A DNA stretch of 63,975 nt, filler included, from Rhizaria sp. SCN 62-66 (GCA_001724265.1; 4 parts of 4 records of this genome joined end to end with filler, not necessarily neighbours in it); one strand, 5' to 3'. Shown: positions 1 to 12,526, counted from the first letter of the whole stretch. Notes: generated by a model not told the origin, from the letters alone. Made by a program: numbers and translations.

Positions 1-92
1 ATAAACCACGTAGTTTGATAACTTCTACGAAAGTGCGCCAAAGTCGCAAAAAAAGCGCGAAATCGCGTTTTTTAGTTGACGCTACATAGGGG
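1..92 (-). repeat. Probable dispersed-repeat / transposon end, related to 58078-58171
   Basis: The reverse complement (CCCCTATGTAG..AAAAAACGCGATTTCGCGC..GCGCACTTT..ACTACG) aligns by eye with 58078-58156. Confidence 0.45.
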
Positions 93-3000
93 TTACATGT
101 ACATGTCATCGTCGCTACCATCGTGACCATATATAGCCTCAGCAGCGCTTGCCTCGGCGTCAGCAACTGCGGAAGCAACAAAGCGCGCGCCGCTGCGCCC
201 GGCGCCACGGCGCGTAGGGCGGTACTCATCATGCGCAATCCACTCACGCTCGCGGTTCTCCGCCGCCGCCGCCGTCGCCGCGGCCTCAGCCTCAGCCTCA
301 GCCGCCGCCGCCGCCGCCGCCGCCGCCGCGGCCTCGGCCGCCGCCGCTCCAGCCGCGCGCTGCGCCGCGCCCCGGCCGTCCCCGCTGCCTCCTAACCCGC
401 GCGGTCCCCGGCTGTGGCCCTTGCCCCTGCTGCTCTTGTGGCCGCTGCCTTTGCTCTTGCTAGCACGCAGCCGCGCCTTGACCTCCGGCCGCGGCGGATG
501 GCGGATAAGCACTGGCAGAGTGGAGCAAGGCAGCGGCCACTGCTGGTCCATGAGCGCCCCGCCGGCGCCGAGCCCCAGCGCCGCGCCTGCCGCAGCAGCG
601 GCTCGATCAGCGGCGCCGCGCGCGGTGAGTCGCGGCGGCCGCTGCGCAGGGGCAAGCTCCCGGGTGCCGGCGCCCGCGGCGACTGCCAGCGCAACCAGCT
701 TGTGCACGCCTGCGGCCGGGAGAGCCAGGGGCGCGCCGGCACCCGCGGTCACACGCACCGCGCGCGTTCCTTTGCCGTCAGTTGTGCGAGCGTCAACAGC
801 GAGCGCGGGTGCACCGAGAAGCAATTCGCATGCAGTCGCGACGGCGCGCGCCTGCCCCAACGCCACGAGGGTGCGGAACAGCCTGCCCAGCGCGTGCACA
901 TGCGCAGGTCCAGTCGCCGCTGCACAGTCAGCAGCGTCGGCGTTCCCTTCACTGTCGGTGTACGGCGCTACGGGGTCGTAAAGCCCTGCGCGCATTGAGT
1001 CCTCGGCGACAAGCCCCGCGGCCGCAGCGCGCGCAGCCGCTGCACCAGTAAGCATCGCCGCGCGCTGCTGCGCCGGCGCCGCCCCGGCCGCCGCGCTGGG
1101 CGGGGATACCGCGGTGGCAAACACTTGCGCCTCGAGCGTCGCAGTTGAGACGCCGGTGAGTCGACGGCCGGAGAGGGCGAACCCGCCGTCGCCGTTGCCT
1201 GCCTCGCGCGCGCAGAGCGCCAGCCCCGCAGCGCCTGCGGGGAGGCTGGTGCGCGGGAACAGCATCGCAGCGACCGCGCCAAGCGCGGGCGGCGGCGCGC
1301 GTTGGCCCCCGCGCTGCGCTAACGCAGTGCCGGCGGCCGCGACGTCCGCCAGCGCGGGGCCCAGCCCCATCTGCGCAGCGCGCGCGGCCGCAGAGGAAGC
1401 CTGCGACGGCGCGAGCAGAGTGCGCACGGCTTCGCTCACGCGCGCGCCGCGGCCAGGGCCGCCCGCGGCAGTGTCGGCGGCCGCGACGGCCGCGAAAATG
1501 GCTTCGTCGGCCACGGCGGGCGCAGTCAGTGAAGCCAATACCAAGGGGGCGCGAGAGCCGCCGATGAGAGGCAGCAGCGGCGCGCGCGGCTGGCACTCGC
1601 ACGCGGGGATCACGGTTGGCGCGATCACCAGCGCGGCATCATCTGCGGCCGCAGTGGGGAGACTGCTCTGAGCGCAAGAGCAGCGCGCGGGGGCCGGCGG
1701 CAGCGGTTCCAGTTCAGCCGGCGACACGACGGCAGGCGCGTTCGGGCGCAGTGCGGCGAGAGCGCGTGCTGTGTGCGCGTCGACCGCAACAGCGTCACGC
1801 CGGAGCGCAGTCGACACGGCAGCATGCGCAATGGCACTCGCCTCACTGCCCGCGTCGTCGCTGCACTACACAGTCATGGGCGCAGTCACGGTGTGAGGGG
1901 CAAGCAGCGCCATGAATACAGCGCGCGCGGCGAGCGCGGTGGACGCCACAGGCACTGGCGGCGCGTTCGGTGGGTTCATGTCAGCGTTTGAAGCGGAGAT
2001 CGGCGCAGTGTGTGCGAGCAGCTGCGCAGCGCGCGCGGCCTCAGTGGCGGCGGTCAGTAACCACGCCTGCGACAGCGCGGGGTCACCGGCCGCCGCAGCC
2101 GCAGCCTTAGCCGCCTCGGCCGCGGCGTCAATGGCTGCCGGTGGTACAGAGGCGGTGTCGGCCTCGGTCACGGCTGTCGGCGCGGCGGCGGAGACTGCGG
2201 CGCGCGCGGCAGCCACGGCGGCGGCGGACGCGCGGAGACGCCGGTGCGCGCGCCGCCGGGCCGCAGCGGCCAGCACTGCCTGTTGTAACGCGAGACTGCG
2301 CAAAAGCAGAGGAACCCACGCACGCGGTGGCGCTGTGACAGCAGCTGCTGCTGCAAATGCTGATGCTGGTGCATTTGAATGCGCATCTGGTGCAGTGTGA
2401 GGCTGGTGTGCGCGTGAGTCAGTTGGAGCTTGCTTCGGCGCCGCCGCAGTCACTCCGTTGACCGTTGTCGCGTTGTGACTGCTGCCAGAGGGGGGCCGTT
2501 GCGCGGCAATGCTCGCGGGGCGGACCGGGGCGGCCACAGTCCTCGCAGCGCCAACAGCACTCGAGCAAAGGCTTGAGTTGGCGCCTGTGTTAGCGTGTGA
2601 GTGAGCGTTTGTTGCAGCGTTGTTGCTGTAACGGGTTTGCCGCGGCACAGCAACAAGTCCGCGTCCGCCTGAACTGCCACTAGATCCACTGCCGTTGTTG
2701 TTGCTGCAGACTGAGGGAGCATCGGTGTCGTTCTCAGCAGCGGGCAGAGGAGCACACAACAGCGCTCGGATGGCGGCCAATGACACCGCATCCTCACCCT
2801 CCGCACGCACGCTCGCAGCGGGAACAGCGTTTGCTCTTGGATTCACAGCAGGCGCTGGGGATGTATATGTCGTTCCGGCCGCACTGGGATAGCGCGCAGC
2901 TGCGAGACCGTCGAGTGAAGCGCGCGAGTAGCGAGCCAAGCCCTGCTGTTGTTGCTGCTAAAGCTGTTGTTGTGGCTGGTGAAACTGTTGTTGTTGCTGA

Positions 3001-4289
3001 TGCTGTTGCTGTTGCTGTTGTTGTTGCAGTAATGACGCAGAGGTTGAGCTCGAGCTCGCGCTTGGGGGCCCAGTCGGACGCGGCGGCAGCGGAGGCGGCG
3101 GAATCGGCCCATAGCGCACGCGGCCACGCACTGCAGCGGCGCCCCCGGCGCCTGACGCTGCTTGCGCGCTGCTGTTGCCATAGGCGGCCGGACCTGCCCC
3201 GGCGCTGTTGCCGCTGTTGCGGATGGTAGAGTTGCCGCGTACGGCGGAGGCACCGCGCGGCCTCTGCTGCAGCTGCTGTTGCTGCTGATACGCCGCCGCA
3301 GCAGCGTTGGCAGCGCTCGCCGTGTGCGCGTTGAACTGCGCGTTGTTGGCGTGGCTGGAGGGGCTGGGGTGCGTTGGCACTGCAGAGCGTGCGCGGGACA
3401 GCAGCTCATCGACTGCAGCCACCGCCGCGGGGGCCGCAACAGGCGCCAAAGCAGCTGCCGCAGACCGCGCTCCGGTCGCAGCCACAAGGCCCTGGGAGCT
3501 CATGTGAGAGTGAGACTGTCCCTGTGCCTGTCCCTGCGAATGTGAATGTGCCTGTCCCTGCGACTGCGACTGGGACTGGGACTGTGGGGGAGCGCGGGCA
3601 CGGACGGGGGCTTGCATGCCAGCGCTAGAAACATTATGAGTAAAATGAGCTGCAGTCGTGTGGTGGCCAGTGGCGGAAGCGACACGCGTGCGGTTGCGGG
3701 GAACGCTGTGCGCAGCCGCAGCGGCGGCGGCCTCGGCGGCAGCGGCCTCGGCGGCAGCGGCGGCCTGGAACGCAGCGCGCGCGGAGCCCAGTGGCTGCGC
3801 AAACCCCAGTCCGACCGTGCTGGGCTGCGTCGCAGCAGCCGCGGCGGCAACGGCGGCGTCGGTCTCGGCCTCGGCGGCCGCTGCGAGCGCGGCGGCGGCT
3901 GAGGCGGCGGCACAAAGGTCACCTACGAGCGCGTCGCACGCCAGCGCCACGTGCGGCCACGCGCCAATCGATAGCCAGCGCGGGGCGCGGCTCGCGGCGT
4001 CGGGACTGCTTGCAGTCGCGCGGTGTGACTGGGAAGGTATAACGGGCTCTGGCTCAGGCTCCGGGTGGTAGGGGATCAGAGGCGACTCTGGGCGGGAGAG
4101 TGAGGGACCGCCAGTCGCGAAGGACGTGTTGTGCGAGTAAGGTGCCGGGTCGTACTCGCGTACGGGCTGAATAGCGTCCAAGTATCGCTGCGAAGCTGTG
4201 TACTGCAGCCCGAGCTCGCGCAGTGACGCGTAGGCCGCCGAGCGGTCGGGGGAACCATCGGCTGCGGGCGGGGCTGCGAACGGATACAT
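93..4289 (-). CDS. Hypothetical Ala/Gln-rich protein, ~1398 aa, single exon if in-frame TAGs at 2958-2960 and 1866-1868 are sense
   Basis: ORFs 2958-4289, 1866-2939 and 93-1817 share one frame and are separated only by TAG codons in GC-rich sequence with no intron-like stretch. ATG at 4289, TAA at 93. Confidence 0.75.
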
Positions 4290-4837
4290 CGATACCGCAC
4301 TTCAAACAAGGACACAGCGCCAGGAAAAGCCTGTCATAAAACACAAGTCAAATTGGGAGTATATTAACACGTGTTCAACTCCAAAATACCATTGATATTC
4401 ACAATAACTGATATAGCCATTCACGAGTTATCAGACAGAAACCTCCCTCCCTGCTTCACCACACTCGACAGCAGCCACCTTGCTGTCCACAAACGAGTGG
4501 ACAGCAAACGCATTTCTGCGAAACTCACTTAACTTTATAAGGCATTGTATATGTTATGTCGTGTTTCAAAACAAGCAAAATGCTGTCCTTGCTTTTTGTA
4601 GTTGTTTTTAACTAGATTCTCAAACTCAAAGAACTTGAAGTCGATTAGATATGGTCAAAAGTACAAAAGACTCACTTGAAGTTCACTCGTCACTCATCAG
4701 CGGGATTGAGAGTAGAGATTATGCATAACGCACGCTCACAAAGCAATGGATTTTCTGATATAATAATTGACTTTTGGTTGTACTTAACAGTTTCTGTTAA
4801 GCTTCCTTCCGTAGGGCGACAACTTTGAACAGAGAGC

Positions 4838-7143
4838 ATGGACTCGCACATGCAGCTAACAAGTACGCCGTTGACACACGCATCAGGATGTGGTCCACGT
4901 TCATCTGAATCTTTATATTCTCACACCAATTAGTCTTATTTGTTTGTTGATATGTACATTTTACTGGTCAAGAGCGCCAAGAGGTGCAAAGCAACCCATT
5001 TTCGCTTGCCTTTGCAAGTCCACTGCCACACTTGGCATTACCACATGCGCAATCACTTTTGAACGCCGAATTTGTCTTCAGGCCGCAATATGGCCTTTCA
5101 CCATTGGGTCCTATCCAGTCGGCCGAGCTCTTTATGCGTCCGCTCTATATGCAGCTGCAATGGGAGTCCTTGCCTCCTCCAGTCCGCGACGCTACACACC
5201 CTCGCGATATGATGACGGCTCACACCTCGTTGCAGTTTCGAGATGTGATGGCGGCTCGGGATCCAACCTAGAATACATCACATGCGTCCAAGACGCGTGT
5301 GCCGGCAACAGCGGGGCCCGCGCAAGAATATCACGGCCGTATCCGACCGAAACAGACGCAGGCTCAGTCACTGAAGAAAGTGCAGCCATAGGCGAAGCCC
5401 TTGGCGTCACCACTTGCTGAGACGCCACTTGAGCAGAGCCTGAATCAATACTCATCGACGCATATCAACTACAAACGGGTCGCTAGATCCTGTTCTATCA
5501 AAAAGCCCAAGCTGTCGATCGAAAACAAGAGCTCTCTGCTTCAGCCGCAATATCCCTAGTCGCAGACATCTACTAGTACATCTTTGAATGCTCCGATAAC
5601 GCTAGGGTTACCGGTAGCGATGTCTGCGCCAACCTCCGACTCTTTGACTGTGGCGGCTGCCACAGCAGGGGAAATGCATAGGCGCCGCGCGCGGGGGCAG
5701 TCACAACAATTGCCGCGCTCAAAACAGCTACCGGTCTCGTTTTCAGAAGCGCAATGCAAGCTGCCGCTGCTGTACAACGATGACAATCAAGTATCTGCCG
5801 CCCGCGTTCTAAAAGTCCCCGTTGAAGCATTGATTGGTTTCCCGCCGGTAATTGTAAGACTGTTGTGCGAAGCAACGCGCCCCTCCTTCTCCGTGTTCGT
5901 TGTGAGTCGACTCGTCGACCCGGATACTGTGCCGCCATACGTTTCCTCACGTGGCGACCTTGACACATCGACAGCTACGCCCATTCCAGCGTCTGTGAGT
6001 GGTTACAGTGGTGCGGAATTGTTGAGTGAAAAACAACTGCGCGTCTTTTGGTCTCTCACCAATTATCGCTGCATGCTTTACTATCGTACATATGCTTTTG
6101 AAAATCCGTGTACACGAGCAAAATTTATCAAGTCTTGGCAATCCAGGGCGCTGGTTTGGCAGGCACAGAACTCTCAACCTAAGCCTTCTCTCTCCAGTGC
6201 GCCACCTCAATCCGTCACTCGATCTGGAGCTGTTTTCGATTCTGCACATCCGTCAGGGCGTGCAGTAGTTCCAAAGCAAGAGATGGATCTGCCGCCCGAT
6301 TTAGAGCCCGTCTCACCTGTCGCTCAACGTGTGCAGACCGCCACAAAGACAGATGACAGTGTGCATAAAGTCACAAAGAATGATGACCGTGAGCATATAG
6401 CCATGTCTGAACGTGGTTACGTTCTGTCACGCAGTCGCAGTGTGATCAAGCCCACGGGAAGCGCGATGGCGAGCGAGACTCACCGTGCCGCGTTGGTCGG
6501 TAGTGACAACAGCCTTGCTTTTAGTGGCAGTGACTATGAAAGCTGGGTGGCAACAGGCGGCGCACGGTACAACAGCAGCAGTAGCAGTGGAGACAGCTCC
6601 AGCAGCAAGACTGGTGTTAGCAGTGGCAACAGACCAGATCCTATTTGTGGCGTTGCTTCTAAGAGTGAGACCAACACGACCCCAGTCGCAGTTGCTGCTC
6701 GCGGGTTTGCAAAGAGTAATGCCCCAAGTTGCGTCACTCCGATATTCGCGCCCACTCTTCCAAGAGGCCCCGTTGCTGTGCACGGCACAGTCTCTAGTGT
6801 GGTCTCTGGCGCAGTCTCTGGCACGATCTTTCGCGCTGTTTCTAACACGGTCTCGGGCGCGGTCTTTGGAGCCATCACAGGCGCTGTTACTGGCAGTGTT
6901 GCTGGCGGAGTTACTGGCAATATTGCTAGCGGATTCACTGGGTAGACAGCGCCGCGCGCGCGAGTGGACGGCGATGACTGTGAGAATGAGCGCCAATGTG
7001 TGCCACGGTCGAAGCGCACTTGGCAGTCTGTGGCGGGCCATCATCAGCGGCGGCAGCGGCGCAAGGTGGTTCTTGGTCGGGCGGGCATTGCATCTGAAGA
7101 TGAGGATAGTGACGTGAAGGAGTCTACCTTGGAGGCGCAATGA
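4838..7143 (+). CDS. Hypothetical protein, ~731 aa (exons 4838-4862, 4973-7143), four in-frame TAGs
   Basis: ATG 4838 and intron 4863-4972 (GTACG..AAG) restore the frame. The frame stays free of TAA/TGA for ~2.2 kb, with TAG at 5269, 5389, 5557 and 6943, and ends at TGA 7141-7143. Confidence 0.65.
6784..6942 (+). repeat. Degenerate 12-bp coding tandem repeat (GTVS/GAVS/GAVT tetrapeptides)
   Basis: ggcgcagtctct-like units repeated about 13 times within the CDS. Confidence 0.55.
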
Positions 7144-7646
7144 CAAAGTTGAATTCAATCGTGGCGATGATCACAATCAAGGCCACTCGATGTTGACAAC
7201 AGCATTGATGTGTGGAGATAAAATTTAATGAACTGGTGTGATCACATAGTCTGTGATATATATTACTTGATTTATTATTTTCAAATAAACAATTCTTAGA
7301 ACTGAAAACGATCGCTCCGTAAACACAAGCAGAGTCGGCAACAATCATATTGGAGTGGAACAATAAGCATATATGAATAGACGTGTGTTGCTGGAGAGAG
7401 TATGATACTATGTGTATTCAATTATGAACAAAGCTTATTAGGGCGATTTACAATAGTCTGAGATCCGTCGCCGAGAGTCGTGCGCTGGAAAGCACTCACG
7501 AAGCACTCGACTGCGATAACTCAATAACATTTTGTTGCAATTTTGAGAGAGGTTGTTGTTGGTGATGAGGTTGTTGTTGGTGATGTGTGTTTTGTCATTG
7601 CTGACCGCATGCGTGCGTGCGTGTGTGCGCGTGTGCGTATGTGACT

Positions 7647-8912
7647 TTACGCCTGCTGGCACGCGGGGCCGCCGCCTTGGTGCGAGCGGCCGCCGCCTTG
7701 GCGCTCGCGCTCTTCCTCCTCGGCCTCCTCCTGCATCTCGCGCTCGCGCTCGAAACGCGCCTGCTCCTCCTTCATGTCCACGTCCTGGACGTCGACGACC
7801 TCGACGTCGTCGCCCGCGGGCAGCGCCTTGGCGGGGAACAAAGCCGCCGGGAGATTACCGGCCATCGCGGCCGCCGCAGCGCCCTTGAGCACAGTGCCGG
7901 GGAAGACGATGTCGAACTCGACGTAGAGATTGCCGTTCTCGTGCGCGCCGGGGACAGTCATGCCCTCGTCGACGATCTTGCTCACGGTGCCCGGCTTGAC
8001 GACGGTCTTGGAGTGGTCGATGACAAGCTGGCGGCCGTCGAGGTGCGTGAGACCCATCTTGAACCCGCACAGAGCCTCCTGCAGCGAGATCTGGCGCTTA
8101 ACGAACAGGTGGTTGCCCTCGCGGCGGAACGTGTCGTGCGCCTTCATCTGCAGCACGACGACGACGTCGCCGGGCATCGTGCCGGGAGTCTCGTCGGCCT
8201 CGCCCTGGAAGACGATACGCTGCTCGTGGCGAGCACCCTTGGGCACGTAGACGTCGAGGTTCTTCTTCTCCTTCTCCGTCTTGGCGCCATCGCACTGGCG
8301 GCACCGCGCAGAGGCCGGAATGACCGAGCCCTGGCCGTTGCACTGCGGGCACGGCACCTGCGACTGCGCAACCATGCCGGGGCCGATCTGGCGCATCACC
8401 ATGCGCACGCCCTGGCCGCGGCACGGCTGGCAGGCCGCGACCGTAGAGCCGCCCTTGCCGTCGCAGCCCTTGCAGATGATGTTGCGCGTGAGACGGAGCT
8501 TCTTGGTGACGCCCTTGTACATCTCCTCGAGCGTGACGGGGAGGGGGAACATGACGTCCTCGCCACGACGCTTCTGCGCGGGGCCACGACGACGGCCGCC
8601 GCCGCCGAAGAGGTCGAACATGTCAGACATGTCGCCGCCGCCGCCGCCGCCCTCAAGGCCCTCCTCGCCGCCCTCGTCGTAGAGCTGACGCTTCTCCTTG
8701 TCGGACAGGATCTCGTACGCACGGTTGATCTCCTTGAACTTCTCGGGGTCACCGCCCTTGTCAGGGTGATGAGTCATCGCCATGCGGCGGAACGCACGCT
8801 TGATCTCGGACTCGTCCGCAGTGGGCTCAATCTCGAGAGCCTTGTACAGGCCCTTGTTGTCCACCTCACGCTTCGCGGGACGGCCACCGCCGCCGCCGCC
8901 CATGCCGCCCAT
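7647..8912 (-). CDS. DNAJA: DnaJ/Hsp40 type I chaperone (DNAJA/Ydj1 family)
   Basis: J-domain with HPDKGGDPEKFKEI, G/F region, four CxxCxGxG motifs, C-terminal CaaX (CQQA) followed by TAA. The true start may lie upstream (see findings). Confidence 0.96.
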   Translation of the reverse strand: MGGMGGGGGGRPAKREVDNKGLYKALEIEPTADESEIKRAFRRMAMTHHPDKGGDPEKFKEINRAYEILSDKEKRQLYDEGGEEGLEGGGGGGDMSDMFDLFGGGGRRRGPAQKRRGEDVMFPLPVTLEEMYKGVTKKLRLTRNIICKGCDGKGGSTVAACQPCRGQGVRMVMRQIGPGMVAQSQVPCPQCNGQGSVIPASARCRQCDGAKTEKEKKNLDVYVPKGARHEQRIVFQGEADETPGTMPGDVVVVLQMKAHDTFRREGNHLFVKRQISLQEALCGFKMGLTHLDGRQLVIDHSKTVVKPGTVSKIVDEGMTVPGAHENGNLYVEFDIVFPGTVLKGAAAAAMAGNLPAALFPAKALPAGDDVEVVDVQDVDMKEEQARFEREREMQEEAEEEERERQGGGRSHQGGGPACQQA

Positions 8913-9500
8913 GCCACCAAAACCGAAGTTGAACTACGAGAGGGCAACATCGAGAGCGTGGGGAGAAAGCAATAGTCCGGGCGGAAAAGCAGTCAACAGA
9001 GTGATGGTAGCAGAAGAAACGGGAGTCATGGTGGGAAAAGTGTGGGAACGGCGGTCGAAAGCGGGGAAGAGAGGAAGATCAAAGAAAACAGGGAGGTTGA
9101 GTGGTCGGAGAGAGTGTGTGTGGTGAGCGTGGGTGGATGGGGGGAAACGAGCGATCGTTGTGAGGGAAAGAAACGACGGAAGAGCAACGAGAGCGGAGTG
9201 GAAGGGCTCTCATCATGGTTGTGGTAATAGTGGTAAGGATGAAGAGTGCGCGTTGCGGCGGCGGGGGGCATCAAGACCAGTCCGAAGAGGTGAGAGTGGC
9301 GAGCGCAACTCGGTCTGGACTGTCAATCCGCAACGCGGGATATGTGCGCATCTATACGCAAACAGAAAGACAGCATCACGAAAAAGAAACCTGGTTGCGC
9401 AAACTACCCGAAGAGAAACGTACCATTTTAAATAGATCCCTATAAGTTGGTCCAAAGAACGAAATCGCACCGACCATGGGTGCTGAGGCGGCGTTCCGCA

Positions 9501-9514
9501 CAATATTCTCGAAT
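9501..9514. promoter_or_regulatory. Possible heat-shock element upstream of DnaJ
   Basis: cAAtaTTCtcGAAt is an imperfect three-unit alternating nGAAn array, ~300 nt upstream of the putative first exon. Confidence 0.3.
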
Positions 9515-10758
9515 TCGGACTCGGACAGAGACCGAAAAAAGATTTCCACCACAAACGGAAAACGCATCCCCTTCTTGTCGCACTCGATCCCACTTACACA
9601 TATATCTACGAAAACAAATGGTCATTGGTTGTGTACTGTACTATGTGCATTTCGGTGTTATATTCACACTCATGGTATTCCATCTACTGCAACCCGATTT
9701 TACTACGAAACATTGTACAAACAATGCTCTTTAATGGCCTGTCATCTTTCTTCGCTGACTTGTCGAAGCTGATGAGAAGCTTTGAGTGTATGGTGGTAGA
9801 TAAAGACGCAATAGTGCGTCGTTGTGGTGACGTAATGCTGACAGCCATGAACAACGCATTGTGAAGATGTGTCATCATGAAGGCCAGAGCAACACGGCAA
9901 CTGGCAAACACGTTGCATGTGCCAGTGAAGAGAAAAGCAACTAAAAATAGCAACTAACCGCAAAACGGCACTGATTCGAAGCAAAAACAGTGAGAAACGT
10001 GAATACAAAATCTAAAATAAAAACCCACAAGAAGAAGACCAGCAATGTCAACCTAAGTAAGCAGAATCGTGCCTCGCCAAAGCCTACTCTCACTTTGCAC
10101 ACATTATAAATCCGATAAACTGTGTGATTTGCTACAATGAATGTGAAAAACAGCAAAACACAAAGTCGTGGATAGCAATTCCAAACACAAGCACAAAAAT
10201 GCCGACAAAACAGGGGCAGCACTCGTAACTGATTCGCCTTTACACTGCGCAGGGTTGCGGATGAGATCTTCGCGGATCTGGTAGGTATGGTAGACACAAG
10301 AGACGGTGCGATCGCTTTCATATTCTTATGAGCAGAAAAGAGTCGCGCGTCCTTATGAATACATATACAAGCAGCGGCGCACCGATCGACCACACGCCAA
10401 ATGCACGATATTGTGGTTCAGTTGCTAGTTTGTTCTTATGTTGATGATTGTCATGCTGCGTTGCGACTGCCGCGAAACAATTATTTGCGCAAGAGTCGAA
10501 GCCGTAATGAAAGCGAAAGAAAACTGGCCCTGCACAAAGCCAAGTGGTATTAGAATCTAATGAAGTCCGTCAAAAAGAATGAAACAAACTGTACAAGACA
10601 TAAACGCAGAAATAATGAAGCATAAGACTCACGCAAAATAACAGGAAACTATCTCGCAACTAGACAATTCTCTCCGTCACTCTGCGAGTTAGCTTCACTC
10701 CAGTATAATGCACTTTGCACCATTAACACCCGCGCAGCAGCGGGCTTCGCACCCGCTT

Positions 10759-12526
10759 TTACGCGTTGATGCTTGGTGCAGCGTCGCCGCCATTAACACC
10801 GCGCAACAGCGGGCTGGTGGCGGCGGACCGCGCCCTCTCCGCACCGGCAGCGCCGGAGCCGTCAGCGGCCGCAGCGATAGACGCCGGGATTACCACGGCG
10901 TCCGACATCGCGGACTTGACGACCACGGCCTTGACATCGGCGTCGCTGTTGGCGGCAGCGGCGGCGGCGTCGGTGGGCTCAGTGGCGGAGGGGGTCGTGC
11001 TGATGTTGACGAGAACGAAACCGGCGACAACGCACACTGCGCCGCCGACGTAACTCGCGCCGTAGCGCGCAGAATGCACGATTGAGTCACTGATCATCGC
11101 GCTAGGGATATTAAGCGTCGTGCCCAGTGTGGCGACGAGCGGGGAAGTTAGCAAAAGGCCCTGTGCCCACACATAGTCGCCTAGGGGCGCGCCAACGATG
11201 GCACTCGCAACAAGCACACTGTGCGCGGAGAGAAAATTAATAAAATAGATGAGTGCAAGTTGTCGGTAAGATATTATCAGTGATATGGTGTGATATGAGA
11301 GATAATGTGGAGCTTGGGCATAACAGAGCGCATCGCGTCTGTTGTGTGTTCTGTAAAGAGTAAAAAAGAAGCGATTGTGAAAGTGAGTATATAAATTTGA
11401 CGTACAGGACAGTGTGGTCAGAGGGAATGAAGAGCTTCTGCACGCCCGCAAAGTGCATCGACACGACACCAATGAGCAAGTACAAAAAGTTGAACATCCC
11501 CATAAAGCCGAAGATCATCAACATGTTCGCTTTACCGGGGCTGCGCGTGAAAAACCGTGCCAGCGGACCCTTTTGCGCGTCGGCCGCCTCCACAGCCGCG
11601 ACCGCGGCGACCGCGCTGAAGTGGCCGGCCTCGGCGGCAGAGAGCCCGTCGTCCGAGAGAAGCGCCACCGACATACCGCCCTTCTTGCTTTTCACAGCAA
11701 CAGCAGCAGCGGCTGCGGCGGCCTCAGCCTGAGCGTCCGCGTCGGTCGCCGCGGCGCCGGCGGTCTCGTCGCCCATGAAGCGGTCGAGTGACAGCGAGTA
11801 GACGGCGTAGACAAGCGCGGACGTCGCGGCGGCCGCGTCGCCGGGCAGCGACTGCTTGGGCGCGTCAGGGTCGCTAGTCGGTGGCGTGGAAAAGGCGACG
11901 AGGATAGCGCCGCCAAGCGTGCAGATCATGGCAAGCGCGGGCCACATCTGGAGCCGCGTGCCTTGGAAGATGAGGCCAAGCACCATGACCCAGAGGCCGG
12001 AGGTCGCGGAGAGAATCGTGTTGGACGCCATCGACGTGTGGCCAAGAGCCAAGTTATACAGCACGGAGATAAGGGACCAGAGCGGGGCAAGGATAAACGC
12101 CGTGTGCAGGTGGCCGCGCAGGGTCATCATACCGGGGTCGCCGGCGCCGGAGCCTTCGCCAGCGCGAAGCGGAGTGGAGCGGCCGCGCGTGCACACGTTT
12201 CGCAAACAGCACTGCTGGATGAGATAGACGACCAAATACAGCGAAAACACAAAGGTCTCCACGAGCGTCACCACGAAGGGGCGCTTGAACTCCTTGAAAA
12301 CCTCCTGCACCATGAGCGCGCCGAAGACGGCGATGAGCACGAAGAGACCGATGAAGAAGAGGCCCAGTGCATACAGCCATGAACTCTGCGCGGCTGCAGT
12401 GGCGCTGCCGGGCGGGGCGGGCGCGGAGGGAGGGGCGGGGACCGTGGAGTTGTCGACCACTATGGAGTCGCTGGTCACCAGGAACGGGTCGGAACCGAGC
12501 TTTTGGTAATGGGTAGCGTCCGACAT
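10759..12526 (-). CDS. DMT/EamA-superfamily transporter, SLC35F5/Thi74-like (exons 12526-11406, 11218-10759)
   Basis: Multiple TM helices; motifs TSMASNTILSATSGLW and DYVWAQGLLLTSPLVATLG; GTACG..CAG intron 11405-11219 joins the two ORFs in frame; TAA stop. Confidence 0.85.

Noticed and set aside
7617-8975. Long antisense ORFs over DnaJ (and likewise over kinesin, SLX4, Serinc, DUS2)
   Set aside because: Shadow ORFs expected from high GC3 codon bias; no independent protein features.
9684-10393. Short ORFs between DnaJ and the transporter, including one ending in TAG at 9684
   Set aside because: AT-rich, no coding bias or recognisable motif even when TAG is read through; not counted as evidence either way.
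10720-10815. ~26-nt near-duplicate (CATTAACACC.GCGCA.CAGCGGGCT) spanning the transporter stop
   Set aside because: Simple local duplication with only two copies; not a CRISPR-like or structured array.
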